Source: Eubacteriales bacterium | GTDB taxonomy: Bacteria; Bacillota; Clostridia; Acetivibrionales; JANLFN01 | Length of the DNA stretch: 64,000 nt | Assembly: GCA_024655885.1 (NCBI GenBank) | Contig: JANLFN010000002.1 | Location: 214,179 to 278,178, forward strand | Reading direction: 5' to 3' | Shown here: piece by piece, positions 26,967 through 36,454 of the stretch | How positions within the stretch are numbered: the stretch's first letter is position 1 | Layout of the letters: the number at the start of each line of letters is the position of its first letter | The notes under the pieces: model-generated | What the model saw: only the letters and a program-made list of their open reading frames with translations | Told to the model about the DNA's origin: nothing | Database searches by the model: none | Program-made: the position numbers and the translations under genes

Positions 26967-27356
26967 ATGTATACTGGAAAGGTGGTCACGTGGGTGACTG
27001 TTTTGTTGGTGTTGATCATAGGTTCGGGTATTTATATGAATAAATCCCTGGAACAGACATCGAAAAGGCTTGAAAGCAACATAATGCAGATAGAGGACGC
27101 AGCCAAAAGCAATGACTGGGAAAAGGCGCGGCAGCATCTGGGCAGCATAAAGACAAGCTGGGGCAAGTCCCAAAAAAGCTGGACAATGCTTATCGACCAT
27201 ACGGAAATTGATAATATTGATGATACCCTCACCCGGCTGGAAGGCTTCATAGACTCTGAAAACACACCGCTCACCTTAGGCGAAGCCGCTTCCTTGAGGC
27301 AGTATGTGAAGCATATTCCGGAAAAGGAAGCCTTCAATCTGAGAAACATATTCTAA
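26967..27356 (+). CDS. DUF4363 family protein
   Basis: 129 aa with an N-terminal TM helix and the NDWEKA...W......W..LIDHTEIDNID pattern. It has the usual partnership downstream of DUF421. Confidence 0.8.
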   Translation: MYTGKVVTWVTVLLVLIIGSGIYMNKSLEQTSKRLESNIMQIEDAAKSNDWEKARQHLGSIKTSWGKSQKSWTMLIDHTEIDNIDDTLTRLEGFIDSENTPLTLGEAASLRQYVKHIPEKEAFNLRNIF

Positions 27357-27381
27357 TAAGGGGCCATGGACCGTCCTCTTA

Positions 27382-28389
27382 TTAAAATCCCCTTATGACC
27401 AGATAGCCGATAAAGATGGCATAAAAAGCTCCGCCCATAAGCAGTGGAATGGGATTTAGCTTTCCTCTGAGCCTAATCCATAAATAGGATGTCAGAGCAG
27501 ATAACAAAGCGAGGACGGCACTTACGACAACCTTTTCATCAAGGACCCAGGGAGTCGCAAGAATGCCGATGAAAACCGGTATGCAGCTCTGGAATACCAT
27601 TGCTCCTGTAATATTGCCCAGGGCAAGTGTATCCTTTTTCTTGCTTATCCATATGATGCTGTTGAACTTTTCGGGAAGCTCGGTGGCTATGGGTGTAATA
27701 ATAAGGGACAAAATAAGGGTGGACACCCCCAGGAGGCTGGAAATATCTTTGATGTTCTCTACAAAAAACTCCGCTCCCAGAATTATGCCGGTCAAAGCCA
27801 AGGCTATCTGAAACAGGATTGTCGCCATATTGGTCTTGAGATTGAGATACTTTACAATATAAAGGCTTTCCAGATGTCCATGGCTTTCATGGTCGTGCTT
27901 TACCGTCAGAAAAATATAATAGACATAGGCCGCAACTAGAACCAGTGCAACAAAAGCCTTTACAGTTCCCGCGCCGGTAAAGGAAGCAGCGATTCCCAGG
28001 CTGTAAACAAGGATGAAAAAGCCTATATCCCGGCTTAAAATCTTATTGTTCAGCTTCATTTCCATGCCCGTCCCTCTCCTCTTCCAGAAAATGAGGACGG
28101 ATATTCCCGTAATAAAGAAGGCCAGGGTGCTCAGCATAAAGGGTGCACCCGCGATGGCACCAATTCCAATATCGGTGGAGCTGCTGCTGTTTCCGGAAAA
28201 CAAAATGGCAATGATTGGAATCATGGTTTCGGGCAGGCATGTACCCACGGCAGAAAAAATGCTTCCTACCACGCCGTCCCCGACCTTCATTTTTTTGCCC
28301 AACCACTCAATGCCGTTGGTAAAAAGCTCACAGCTTAACAAAATAATACCCAGGCTCAAAATTAATTTTATAATATCAATCCACACCAT
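27382..28389 (-). CDS. CaCA-family cation/Ca2+ antiporter (YrbG-like sodium/calcium exchanger membrane protein)
   Basis: 335 aa with about 10 TM segments. Two alpha-repeat motifs are present: GSIFSAVGTCLPE and GNITGAMVFQ. Confidence 0.8.
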   Translation of the reverse strand: MVWIDIIKLILSLGIILLSCELFTNGIEWLGKKMKVGDGVVGSIFSAVGTCLPETMIPIIAILFSGNSSSSTDIGIGAIAGAPFMLSTLAFFITGISVLIFWKRRGTGMEMKLNNKILSRDIGFFILVYSLGIAASFTGAGTVKAFVALVLVAAYVYYIFLTVKHDHESHGHLESLYIVKYLNLKTNMATILFQIALALTGIILGAEFFVENIKDISSLLGVSTLILSLIITPIATELPEKFNSIIWISKKKDTLALGNITGAMVFQSCIPVFIGILATPWVLDEKVVVSAVLALLSALTSYLWIRLRGKLNPIPLLMGGAFYAIFIGYLVIRGF

Positions 28390-28514
28390 TAATCACTCTT
28401 TCATGTAATAGGATTCAATCCCGATCTTTAATATATTCACTGCACGCCGTCTTTATTAGTCAGGCTTTAAGAACAGATAGGTTAACATTTTTTCCCTCCT
28501 GTAAAAAACAAATT

Positions 28515-28648
28515 AAAAAAGACCCTCAACATAATCTTGGACAAGGATTACGTTAAAAGTCTCGCTGCCTCATGGGTACAAAGCCAGGCTAAACTCTTCT
28601 TGCCTTTAGCCAGGATGTTGACTTTGTAATGTAAGCTACTCCCTTTTA
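28515..28648 (-). promoter_or_regulatory. yybP-ykoY (Mn2+) riboswitch with an intrinsic terminator
   Basis: The minus-strand RNA reads UAAAAGGGAGUAGCUUACAUUACAAAGUCAACAUCCUGGCUAAAGGCAAGAAGAGUUUAGCCUGGCUUUGUACCCAUGAGGCAGCGAGACUUUUAACGUAAUCCUUGUCCAAGAUUAUGUUGAGGGUCUUUUUU. The conserved blocks GGGAGUAGC, CAAAGUC...GGCUUUGU and CAGCGAGAC match the family (compare the L. lactis yoaB leader). The 3' P1 strand GACUUUUAA is shared with the terminator stem that pairs to UUGAGGGUC and is followed by U6. Confidence 0.8.
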
Positions 28649-28681
28649 CAACTCTATATTACAATAAATTGACGGATTGTG

Positions 28682-29842
28682 TCAATATCTTATATGCCTT
28701 ATTCTCTCAAAAGCCTCCAGCAGCTTTTCATCCTTTATGGTAAGCGATATCCTGAAATAGCCCTCGCCGCACTCGCCATAGCCGCTTCCCGGAGCAACAA
28801 CCACCCCGGTTTTATCCAGCAGCAGCCGGGAAAAGCTTTTGGAATCCATATCCAGTGGAACCTTCACCCACACGTAAAAGGCACCCTTGGGCGTTTCAAA
28901 ATCCCAGCCCAGTTTTTGCAGCTGGGCGACGGCCATATTTCTTCTTCTAAGATAAATCTCCCTCATTTCCCGGACAAAGCCGTCCCCGTTTTTCAAGGCT
29001 TCTATTGCCGCAACCTGTATGGCTGTGAATACTCCCGAGTCTATATTGTTTTTCATTTTTTTGAGTTTGGAGATGGCTTCTCTGTTGCCCACGGCATAGC
29101 CGATCCTCCACCCCGTCATATTGTATGATTTGGACAGGGAATGAAATTCCACGGCAATTTCCTTTGCACCCTCCGCCTGTAAAAGGCTGGGTGCCGTAAC
29201 GCCGTCATAAGTAAACTCGGAATACGCATTGTCATTGCATACGACGATATCATTTTTAGCAGCAAAATCCACTATTTCCTGGTACATGTCCAAATCTGCC
29301 ACTGCACCTGTAGGATTGTTGGGGTAGTTAACAAAAATAATCTTACTTCTTTTCACAACCTCTCCCGGTATAACGGACAGGTCCGGGAAATATCCGTTGG
29401 CCTTCCTCAACGGCATGGGATACGGCACTCCACCTGTCAGGGAGGTAGCCAGCTGATAGACAGGGTACTGGGGGTCGGGAACCAGTGTAAAATCCCCTTC
29501 ATTTACCAGGGCAAAAAAGATGTGTGCGATTCCTTCCTTTGAGCCTAACAGAGCTACCACCTCTGTTTCGGGATCAAGGGTAACATGGAACCTCCTTTTG
29601 TAGTAATCGGCCACAGCAGCCCTGAATTCAATGCAGCCGTCATATTCAGGGTAACAATGATATTGGGGATTTCTGAGGGCTTCAACCATTTTGTCAACGA
29701 CAAAATCAGGGGTAGGCAGGTCGGGATCTCCAATGCCCAGGTTGATGACATCGATCCCCTTTTCCTGCGCCTTTTTAATATTCTCCTCGATTTCCACAAA
29801 AAGGTATGGAGGTGCATTATCCAAACGTCTCGCTTGTTTCAT
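28682..29842 (-). CDS. class I/II PLP aminotransferase, LL-diaminopimelate aminotransferase (DapL)-like
   Basis: 386 aa. Motifs are PPYLFVEIEE, INLGIGDPDLPTP, NYPNNPTG and SLSKSYNMTGWRIGY (PLP lysine). The DapL assignment rests on pattern only. Confidence 0.75.
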   Translation of the reverse strand: MKQARRLDNAPPYLFVEIEENIKKAQEKGIDVINLGIGDPDLPTPDFVVDKMVEALRNPQYHCYPEYDGCIEFRAAVADYYKRRFHVTLDPETEVVALLGSKEGIAHIFFALVNEGDFTLVPDPQYPVYQLATSLTGGVPYPMPLRKANGYFPDLSVIPGEVVKRSKIIFVNYPNNPTGAVADLDMYQEIVDFAAKNDIVVCNDNAYSEFTYDGVTAPSLLQAEGAKEIAVEFHSLSKSYNMTGWRIGYAVGNREAISKLKKMKNNIDSGVFTAIQVAAIEALKNGDGFVREMREIYLRRRNMAVAQLQKLGWDFETPKGAFYVWVKVPLDMDSKSFSRLLLDKTGVVVAPGSGYGECGEGYFRISLTIKDEKLLEAFERIRHIRY

Positions 29843-29992
29843 AAAAGCCTCCCTTAATCTGTAAGTCTTCTATAAATCATATGACGATAACCCGCACATT
29901 ATTATGGCAATCAAGGGAATGAATGAAATTATATCCGCCCACTGGCGAACTGTGCCGTTATTGTCCTTCAATCACGGGACAACCCCATCCGG

Positions 29993-30790
29993 CTATGCAA
30001 GCCTCCAGCGGACGGCTTCATACATGAGCAGTGCGGCCGCCACCGAAGCATTCAGCGACTCGGCCCCTCCAGGCATGGGAATTTTAACCAGGATATCCGC
30101 CAGAGCGGCCACTTCATCACTGATGCCGTTGGCCTCGTTTCCAATGATAAAAGCCGTTTTTGGGCTTCGGTCCAGTTGAAAATGGCTTATATCTCCATTC
30201 AGGTGCGCGGCGCAAACCCTTATACCTTTGGACTTTACGATTTTTATGGTGTCCTCAAGGTCCGCACTGAGAAAAACAGGCACGCGGAATATGGATCCCA
30301 TGGTGGAGCGGAGTACTTTGGGATTATAGATGTCCACACAGCCCTTTGAGACTATGACGCCTCCCGCATCCGCCGCATCGGCGGTCCTAATAATCGTCCC
30401 CATATTCCCCGGATCTTGGATGGAATCCAGGATAACCAAAAATTTGTTTTTCACCATAATCTCTTCAAGGGATAAAGGCTTTGACTTTATAACCGCCATA
30501 ACTCCCTGGGGGTTCTTGGTATCGGACATTTCCCTGTACAGGCTGTTGGCCAGGATAAAAAGCTTGATGCTTTTGGACCGGATATTTTTAAGTAAAGCTT
30601 TGCCTGCGGCAGTCCCGGTAAATTCCTGGGACACCAGGACCCTGACGATGTCGGCACCTTCTTCAAGGGCTTCTTCTACAATCCTCAAGCCTTCAACAAA
30701 AAAAAGGTTTTCAGCCCCTCTTGACTTCCTTTTATTTAACGACTTCAATTCCTTTATGACCGGATTCTGGCTGCTGGTAATATAATTCAT
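29993..30790 (-). CDS. TrmH/SpoU family RNA 2'-O-methyltransferase
   Basis: 265 aa with an N-terminal substrate-binding domain and SpoU motifs (QDPGNMGTIIRTA, IIGNEANG, ESLNASVAAA). RBS is AAGGAG. Confidence 0.85.
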   Translation of the reverse strand: MNYITSSQNPVIKELKSLNKRKSRGAENLFFVEGLRIVEEALEEGADIVRVLVSQEFTGTAAGKALLKNIRSKSIKLFILANSLYREMSDTKNPQGVMAVIKSKPLSLEEIMVKNKFLVILDSIQDPGNMGTIIRTADAADAGGVIVSKGCVDIYNPKVLRSTMGSIFRVPVFLSADLEDTIKIVKSKGIRVCAAHLNGDISHFQLDRSPKTAFIIGNEANGISDEVAALADILVKIPMPGGAESLNASVAAALLMYEAVRWRLA

Positions 30791-30801
30791 GGAAACTCCT
30801 T

Positions 30802-30829
30802 AAAATTAAACGGGGCTCCACCGAGCCCC
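30802..30829 (-). terminator. rho-independent terminator after rplT
   Basis: On the minus-strand RNA the stem is GGGGCUC-ggug-GAGCCCC, followed by GUUUAAUUUU. Confidence 0.65.
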
Positions 30830-30846
30830 TCCAAACCTCTTATTAA

Positions 30847-31200
30847 TTATTTTGCAACCTTTACTTTCTCAACCAATTGGGCAAAAGCTGCGGCATCATT
30901 TACCGCCATATCCGCCAATACTTTTCTATTCAAAATAATGCCCGCTTTTTTCAAGCCGTTCATGAACCTGCTGTAGGATAAGCCGTTTATCCTGGCAGCC
31001 GCATTGATTCTTGCAATCCATAGCTTTCTGAAATCCCTCTTTTTTGCCCTTCTATCCCTGTATGCGTAAACAAGCGACTTCATCACCGCTTGGTTAGCTA
31101 TCCTGAACAGTTTGCTTTTTCCGCCAAAATATCCCTTTGCAAGCTTAAGTATTTTTTTATGCCTCGCACGGGTCCTCATTGCACCCTTTACTCTTGCCAT
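30847..31200 (-). CDS. rplT: 50S ribosomal protein L20
   Basis: 117 aa: [26 protein letters not shown]... Confidence 0.97.
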   Translation of the reverse strand: MARVKGAMRTRARHKKILKLAKGYFGGKSKLFRIANQAVMKSLVYAYRDRRAKKRDFRKLWIARINAAARINGLSYSRFMNGLKKAGIILNRKVLADMAVNDAAAFAQLVEKVKVAK

Positions 31201-31216
31201 GGACTCATACCTCCTT

Positions 31217-31414
31217 CTACTTGTATGGAATTAATACTTTGATAGTGGCTGCATTCGCTGCTGAAGCAATGGTAGATTTCCTTAAATTTCTCTTCCTCTT
31301 GGTGGTTTTTTTAGTCAATATATGACTTTTGTAGGCCTTAGCCCTTTTAACCTTACCGGTGCCGGTTAAATTAAATCTCTTTTTTGAAGAGCTGTGAGTT
31401 TTTAACTTTGGCAT
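31217..31414 (-). CDS. rpmI: 50S ribosomal protein L35
   Basis: 65 aa: [22 protein letters not shown]. Confidence 0.97.
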   Translation of the reverse strand: MPKLKTHSSSKKRFNLTGTGKVKRAKAYKSHILTKKTTKRKRNLRKSTIASAANAATIKVLIPYK

Positions 31415-31447
31415 GAATATCCGTTCCTCCTTAATTCTATATTGCCG

Positions 31448-31963
31448 CTACTGCTTCGGGTTAAGTATCATGATCATACTTCTACCTTCAAGTTTGGGCT
31501 TTCTTTCAACAGTTCCCACATCTTTTACAGCTTCTGCGAACTTCCCGAGTACTTCATCCCCCAATGAGGTGTAATTCATCTCTCTGCCCCTGAACTTGAC
31601 CGAAACCTTGACTTTGTCCCCTTCCTTCAAAAACCTGTACGCATTTTTTACCTTAAAGCTAAAGTCATGGTCCTCAATGGAAGGGGAAATTCTTACCTCC
31701 TTGATGTTAATAACTTTTTGGTTTTTTCTTGCCTCCTTCTCCTTTTTTGCAAGCTCAAACATGTATTTCCCGTAATCCATAATCTTGCATACGGGAGGCA
31801 CCGCCTGAGGAGCTATCTTTACCAGGTCAAGGTTTTTTGAATTTGCCAGCTTCTGCGCATCCTTCGCAGACATAATCCCCAGCATGGTTCCGTCAACATC
31901 AATCAGTCGAATTTCTTTATCCCTTATTTCCTCATTAATCATTAATTCATTTTTACTAATAAT
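31448..31963 (-). CDS. infC: translation initiation factor IF-3, non-AUG (AUU) start
   Basis: The track ORF starts at internal ATG 31942. The frame stays open upstream and reads I-I-S-K-N-E-L-M-I-N-E-E-I-R, matching IF-3 N-termini (xISKxxxINEEIR). ATT codons at 31963/31960 lie 6-9 nt after GGAGGTG. Confidence 0.9.
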   Translation of the reverse strand: MISKNELMINEEIRDKEIRLIDVDGTMLGIMSAKDAQKLANSKNLDLVKIAPQAVPPVCKIMDYGKYMFELAKKEKEARKNQKVINIKEVRISPSIEDHDFSFKVKNAYRFLKEGDKVKVSVKFRGREMNYTSLGDEVLGKFAEAVKDVGTVERKPKLEGRSMIMILNPKQ

Positions 31964-32054
31964 TAAACACCTCCGGGTTTATTTTAATCGGGAAGCACAC
32001 TCCCCTCACGCTGCTTGAGAATTGAGGCCCAAGAAGCCTGTGAGGGTTTTCAAC

Positions 32055-32183
32055 AAAATAAAAAAGCGGATCCAAAATCAATCCGCTTCATAGGCAAAGT
32101 CACAAGAATAAAGAACTTTTACTATTAACCTTAACGAAATAAATCCGTAAGGTGAGAAGCGGATGACTTCTTCTTTATTTTTC
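32055..32183 (-). promoter_or_regulatory. infC-operon leader with terminator/antiterminator (L20-leader-type attenuator)
   Basis: On the minus-strand RNA, AUCCGCUUC (32164-32156) can pair with GAAGCGGAU (32089-81). Alternatively GCGGAU pairs with AUCCGC (32071-66), which is followed by U6. The position between the promoter and infC matches the Firmicute L20 leader. Confidence 0.6.
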
Positions 32184-32189
32184 TATTTT

Positions 32190-32219
32190 ATAATAACAGA
32201 TATGCCTAAGGGGTGTCAA
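32190..32219 (-). promoter_or_regulatory. sigma-A promoter of the infC operon (TTGACA - 18 nt - TATTAT)
   Basis: The -35 is at 32219-32214 and the -10 at 32195-32190, read on the minus strand. Confidence 0.6.
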
Positions 32220-32362
32220 GAGCGTTTTAGGCCAAATTTTCGGCAGGGGGTCCTTTTCTGAAGTGCAATTTGCCGCCAGGCAAATTTTCCAAAAGTATAA
32301 TTGCACGGCTCACGCAAATAATATACTATACAGCTTAAACTAGTCCTAACGGAGGAAACCGG

Positions 32363-33451
32363 ATGAAAAAAATCAGGCTGGGTGTAATCGGTATTGGGCT
32401 TGCATGGGAAAGGCTGCATTATCCTGCCCTGCAGGAATTAAGCGACAAATATGAAATAGCAGCCCTGGCGAACCGGACCAAGGAAGATGCACTGGAATTT
32501 GCAAAAAAAATAAACCTTGATATAAAAAATGTGTATGGCGACTACCATGAAATGCTTCAGCGAGACGATATTGACGCTTTTGACATACTGGTCCCCATAG
32601 AATTGAACTACGAGGTCTCGGAGCAGGTAGCCAAAGCGGGCAAGGACTTCATTTGCGAAAAGCCTCTTGCTCCCACGATGGAGCAGGCTAAGAAATACCT
32701 GGAGCTGTCCAGGCTGTATAAGGTGAAAATAATGATTGCCGAGAATTACCGCTACAATGAGGAGAACAATAAAATAAGGGAAGCGGTAACCCAGGGAAAA
32801 ATAGGGGACGTCATTTATTTTATCAGGAACAATATCACCTGTTTCCCCTGCGAGATGACCAAGGACACTTTTGCGGCAAAGGAGTGGCGGCAGCACCCGG
32901 AGTACTATGGCGGGGCTTTCCTGGATGCGGCCTTACACGACATTGCGGCCTTAAGGCACATTTTTGGGGCAATCCAGTGCGTGCAGGCGTTTGGGAAGCC
33001 CCAGAAAGCCGATTTTAGCCCCTACGTATCAGTGAATGCCAACATACTGTTCAAAAGCGGCGTAACCGGCTACCTCGCCTATTTCCCGTCAGGTTCTGAG
33101 CCCCAACGGCCTCTTGTAGGGTTCAGGATATTCGGAACAAAAGGTGAAATATTTCTTGAGGAAAAAACCTGCGGCATCATCCATGTGGCCTATACGGACG
33201 GCACAGCGGAAAAAATCGGTTTCACACCCGGAAGAGGCTACTATAACGAGTTATTGAATTTCTATAATGCGGTTAACGGCACTGAGCAGATATCTGTAAC
33301 TCCGGAAATTGAATTCGGAGATGTAAAAACCGTTTTTGACATATTGAAATCCGTAGCCTCAAGGGAAATCGTCTATGTGGACCAGCCCCAGGCCGTAGAC
33401 CTGAACAAAATGCAGATGGAAGATATGAAAATCCGGTCCTATATCCAATGA
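32363..33451 (+). CDS. Gfo/Idh/MocA family oxidoreductase
   Basis: 362 aa with an N-terminal Rossmann motif KIRLGVIGIGLAW and the EKP motif (FICEKPLA). RBS is GGAGGAAA. Confidence 0.85.
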   Translation: MKKIRLGVIGIGLAWERLHYPALQELSDKYEIAALANRTKEDALEFAKKINLDIKNVYGDYHEMLQRDDIDAFDILVPIELNYEVSEQVAKAGKDFICEKPLAPTMEQAKKYLELSRLYKVKIMIAENYRYNEENNKIREAVTQGKIGDVIYFIRNNITCFPCEMTKDTFAAKEWRQHPEYYGGAFLDAALHDIAALRHIFGAIQCVQAFGKPQKADFSPYVSVNANILFKSGVTGYLAYFPSGSEPQRPLVGFRIFGTKGEIFLEEKTCGIIHVAYTDGTAEKIGFTPGRGYYNELLNFYNAVNGTEQISVTPEIEFGDVKTVFDILKSVASREIVYVDQPQAVDLNKMQMEDMKIRSYIQ

Positions 33452-33527
33452 CAACCATGGGCAAAGAGAAGAGGGCAGTTCTTCCGCATCCTTCCGATGG
33501 GGTGAAAAACCGCCCCCTTCTCTAAAG

Positions 33528-35027
33528 TCACAGTCCAAGAATTTTTTCTACCTGTTCCATCATTTCCGTCTTCCTGCAAACCGCCTTATGCCGGACTTCC
33601 TTTTTCTCCAGGTCCTTTAAGCCCTCAGGAACAATGAGCCTGCACTCCTTCGCCAGCACTTGAAGCAGCTCGAACTCACTTTTCCCTTCCACCGCCTCAT
33701 CGCCGAATATGGCCCTGGCCACACTCTCGTTAAACTTGAAGGGGTTTGCAGTGGAGGCAATAATGGTTTTGGTCATATCCCCCGTGGAGATCACATACTT
33801 GTCGTACACATCAATCCCGACGGCCGTATGGGTATCCACCACATAATCGCACTCTTTATATATATATTCTATGGTTTTCAGGGTCTCCTTCTCATTTGTG
33901 AAGCCGGCCCAGAAGAGCCCGGATATCTTTTTCCTGGTCTCCGGGTCCACCGCATACACGCCCTCGTTTTTCAGCCTGCCCATCCAGCCGCTTACAGCCT
34001 GTGCATTATGGCCTGTGACCTCATACAGCAGTCTTTCCAGGTTGCTGGATATAAGGATATCCATGGAAGGAGACACGGTTCTCTTAAGCTCCCTGTTTTT
34101 ATTATAAATCCCCGTATTTATAAAATCCGTCAGCACATTATTCTCATTGGATGCACAAATCAGCCTGTTGACAGGGAGTCCCATTTTATAGGCGTAATAG
34201 GCGGCCAGAATATTTCCGAAATTTCCTGTGGGGACCACAATATTCACCCTGTCTCCCGCTTTTATTTCCCCGGCTTTGACTATATCCGCATAAGCCGAAA
34301 AATAATAGACCAGCTGAGGGACCAGCCTGCCCCAGTTGATGGAATTGGCGGAAGAGAGCTTAAAGGCCTTTTGCCGCATCTTCTGTTTAAACTCCGCATC
34401 CCCGAAAATTTCCTTAACGCCGTTCTGCGCATCGTCAAAGTTTCCCTCCACGGCAACGGTATAGACATTCCGGCCCTCCTGCGTCACCATCTGCTTTTTT
34501 TGGACTTCGCTGACGCCGTTATTGGGATAAAAAACAATCACCCGGGTGCCCTCCACATCCTTGAAGCCTTCCAGGGCCGCCTTACCGGTGTCTCCCGATG
34601 TGGCTACAAGTATTACAATTTCATGAGTCTCACCGGTTTTCTTCATCGCCTTTACAAGCAAATGAGGCAGTATTTGCAGCGCCATGTCCTTAAATGCACA
34701 GGTAGGGCCATGCCATAATTCCAGTATATAGACATTTTCATTCATTCTATAAACGGGGGCAATCCCCGAACATCCGAATTTCTCCCTGGTATACGCGGAT
34801 TCGACGCAGTCCTCTATTTCCTCATCCGCATAATCGTCCAAATAGACTTTAAGCACCTCTACCGCTCTTTGCTGATAGCTCATGCAAACCATTTGCTCTA
34901 TTTTGTCCATGCCCAGTACAGGTATTTTTTCAGGGACAAGAAGCCCTCCATCGGGGGCAATACCCATCTTGATGGCCTGGGCCGACGGCAAGGAATTCAA
35001 TCCCCCCCTGGTACTTTCATAAAGCAT
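33528..35027 (-). CDS. thrC: threonine synthase (long form)
   Basis: 499 aa: MLYESTRGG..., with the PLP-lysine region GPTCAFKDMALQ and ATSGDTG. Confidence 0.9.
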   Translation of the reverse strand: MLYESTRGGLNSLPSAQAIKMGIAPDGGLLVPEKIPVLGMDKIEQMVCMSYQQRAVEVLKVYLDDYADEEIEDCVESAYTREKFGCSGIAPVYRMNENVYILELWHGPTCAFKDMALQILPHLLVKAMKKTGETHEIVILVATSGDTGKAALEGFKDVEGTRVIVFYPNNGVSEVQKKQMVTQEGRNVYTVAVEGNFDDAQNGVKEIFGDAEFKQKMRQKAFKLSSANSINWGRLVPQLVYYFSAYADIVKAGEIKAGDRVNIVVPTGNFGNILAAYYAYKMGLPVNRLICASNENNVLTDFINTGIYNKNRELKRTVSPSMDILISSNLERLLYEVTGHNAQAVSGWMGRLKNEGVYAVDPETRKKISGLFWAGFTNEKETLKTIEYIYKECDYVVDTHTAVGIDVYDKYVISTGDMTKTIIASTANPFKFNESVARAIFGDEAVEGKSEFELLQVLAKECRLIVPEGLKDLEKKEVRHKAVCRKTEMMEQVEKILGL

Positions 35028-35187
35028 TTTTTATAATCCTCCTAACCGCAACAACCTTCATCGTTTTTGACGGTGTGCAACGATTGTCAACCGTTATAGA
35101 TATCAACTTTATATATAATAATATAAACGGACAATAAAAGCAATTATTTAAAGAGGGACACCTATAACACGGCCTCCGGTTAAACCG

Positions 35188-36309
35188 TCAGAAATACCTG
35201 CGGCGAAAGGGGTAATAAAGCATTGCCCTTAAGCTGCGTAAATTCATAAGCCTTTGCTCAAAGCTGGTAAAAAACTGTTCAGCCGTACTTTTTCCGCTGT
35301 TGTACAAGTAGTTCTTTTCCTGTTCGTTCAGATCAAATTTGAGAAATGGAACCTTAGAAGTATTAATGCGAGCTACATTTTCCTTTATATATCCCGTGTT
35401 TTTAGGTATGCCCAGGTCATGCACCAGTGAAATCAAGTATCTCAACACATTCAACGGGGCATTAATGTTAAAAATAGGGCTTTCGCCCCCGTCCAGCTTG
35501 AAGCCCACTGACGGTGCGTAACTGGTATTCTCTACAGCCCAATGGGGGAAACTGTCAAATACTCCTCCATCTACAATATTATACTCCCTGACGGTTCCAT
35601 TTTCCACCTTTTTGATTTCCACAGGTTTAAATGCAAAGGGCACACTTATACTCATTCTCACAGCTTCCGCCACTTCAAACTTATCCGGGTCTATACCGTA
35701 AAATTGAATATCGTACGGAAGGAAAAGCAATCTTCCGCGATTTATGTCTACAGCCGTCATTACTATTCTGTATCCATCCGGATTAATCCCATATTTTAAG
35801 CCTCCCCTGAGGTCTCCGAAGGTTCTTATTCCTCTTTTGAGAAGCACCCTGTATACCCAGTCCTCCAGGTAGTCTCCGTCGCACAGGCACCCCTCCTTGC
35901 CGAAAGTCAAGATGCTTTCCAGTATGTTTCTTCTGTAGCTGGAGCTTTTATGGCCGCGGCTTTTATTAAGTCCGCCCGACAGGCACATGAAAAAATAGCT
36001 TGGGTCACTGCCCCTGTATTGTCCGTATTTCTCATAAAACTCCAAGTACCTGGCAACGATGGGCACCGTTTCCGGGGCCCTATTGACATATACTTTTTTT
36101 AAATCAAAGGAATAAAGTATGGCTTTCAACTGGGCCGCAGTGTATCCCGCCGCTTTAAAGGCACCTGCCAGGGAACCTGCGGAAACTCCGGCCATATTAT
36201 TGATAATATACCCTCTCTGCTCCGCCGATTCAAACACCCCAAGGTATGCTATTCCCTTTACGCCTCCACCGCCTAAAACCAGATTGATATTTTTATCTTT
36301 CAATTCCAT
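35188..36309 (-). CDS. patatin-like phospholipase
   Basis: ORF 35188..36381. The probable start is ATG 36309 (MELKDKNINLVLGGGGVKG). It has the oxyanion motif GGGVKG, the nucleophile motif GVSAGS and the catalytic Asp in VDGGV. Confidence 0.8.
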   Translation of the reverse strand: MELKDKNINLVLGGGGVKGIAYLGVFESAEQRGYIINNMAGVSAGSLAGAFKAAGYTAAQLKAILYSFDLKKVYVNRAPETVPIVARYLEFYEKYGQYRGSDPSYFFMCLSGGLNKSRGHKSSSYRRNILESILTFGKEGCLCDGDYLEDWVYRVLLKRGIRTFGDLRGGLKYGINPDGYRIVMTAVDINRGRLLFLPYDIQFYGIDPDKFEVAEAVRMSISVPFAFKPVEIKKVENGTVREYNIVDGGVFDSFPHWAVENTSYAPSVGFKLDGGESPIFNINAPLNVLRYLISLVHDLGIPKNTGYIKENVARINTSKVPFLKFDLNEQEKNYLYNSGKSTAEQFFTSFEQRLMNLRSLRAMLYYPFRRRYF

Positions 36310-36454
36310 AAAAATACCCCATAAATTCATTCTACTGCTACCATTATATTGGGAGATACCCCATCCAGTGCAGGAAATCATTATGGGAGCCGTATGATGT
36401 TAAAAAGATGCAAAGGGAAGGAACAGACCTTCCCTTTGCGCACCGTGAATTATT

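Noticed and set aside
32216-32419. 67-aa minus-strand ORF between infC and the oxidoreductase gene
   Set aside because: It sits upstream of the infC promoter and overlaps the start of the plus-strand Gfo/Idh/MocA gene. It has no RBS.
33660-34718. 352-aa plus-strand ORF opposite thrC
   Set aside because: Shadow ORF inside a well-supported threonine synthase gene, with no RBS or motifs.
35188-36309. Patatin-like phospholipase as a CBASS-type defence effector
   Set aside because: There is no cyclase/nucleotidyltransferase, E1/E2/JAB or other defence gene adjacent. Its neighbours are thrC and a DUF2680-like secreted protein.
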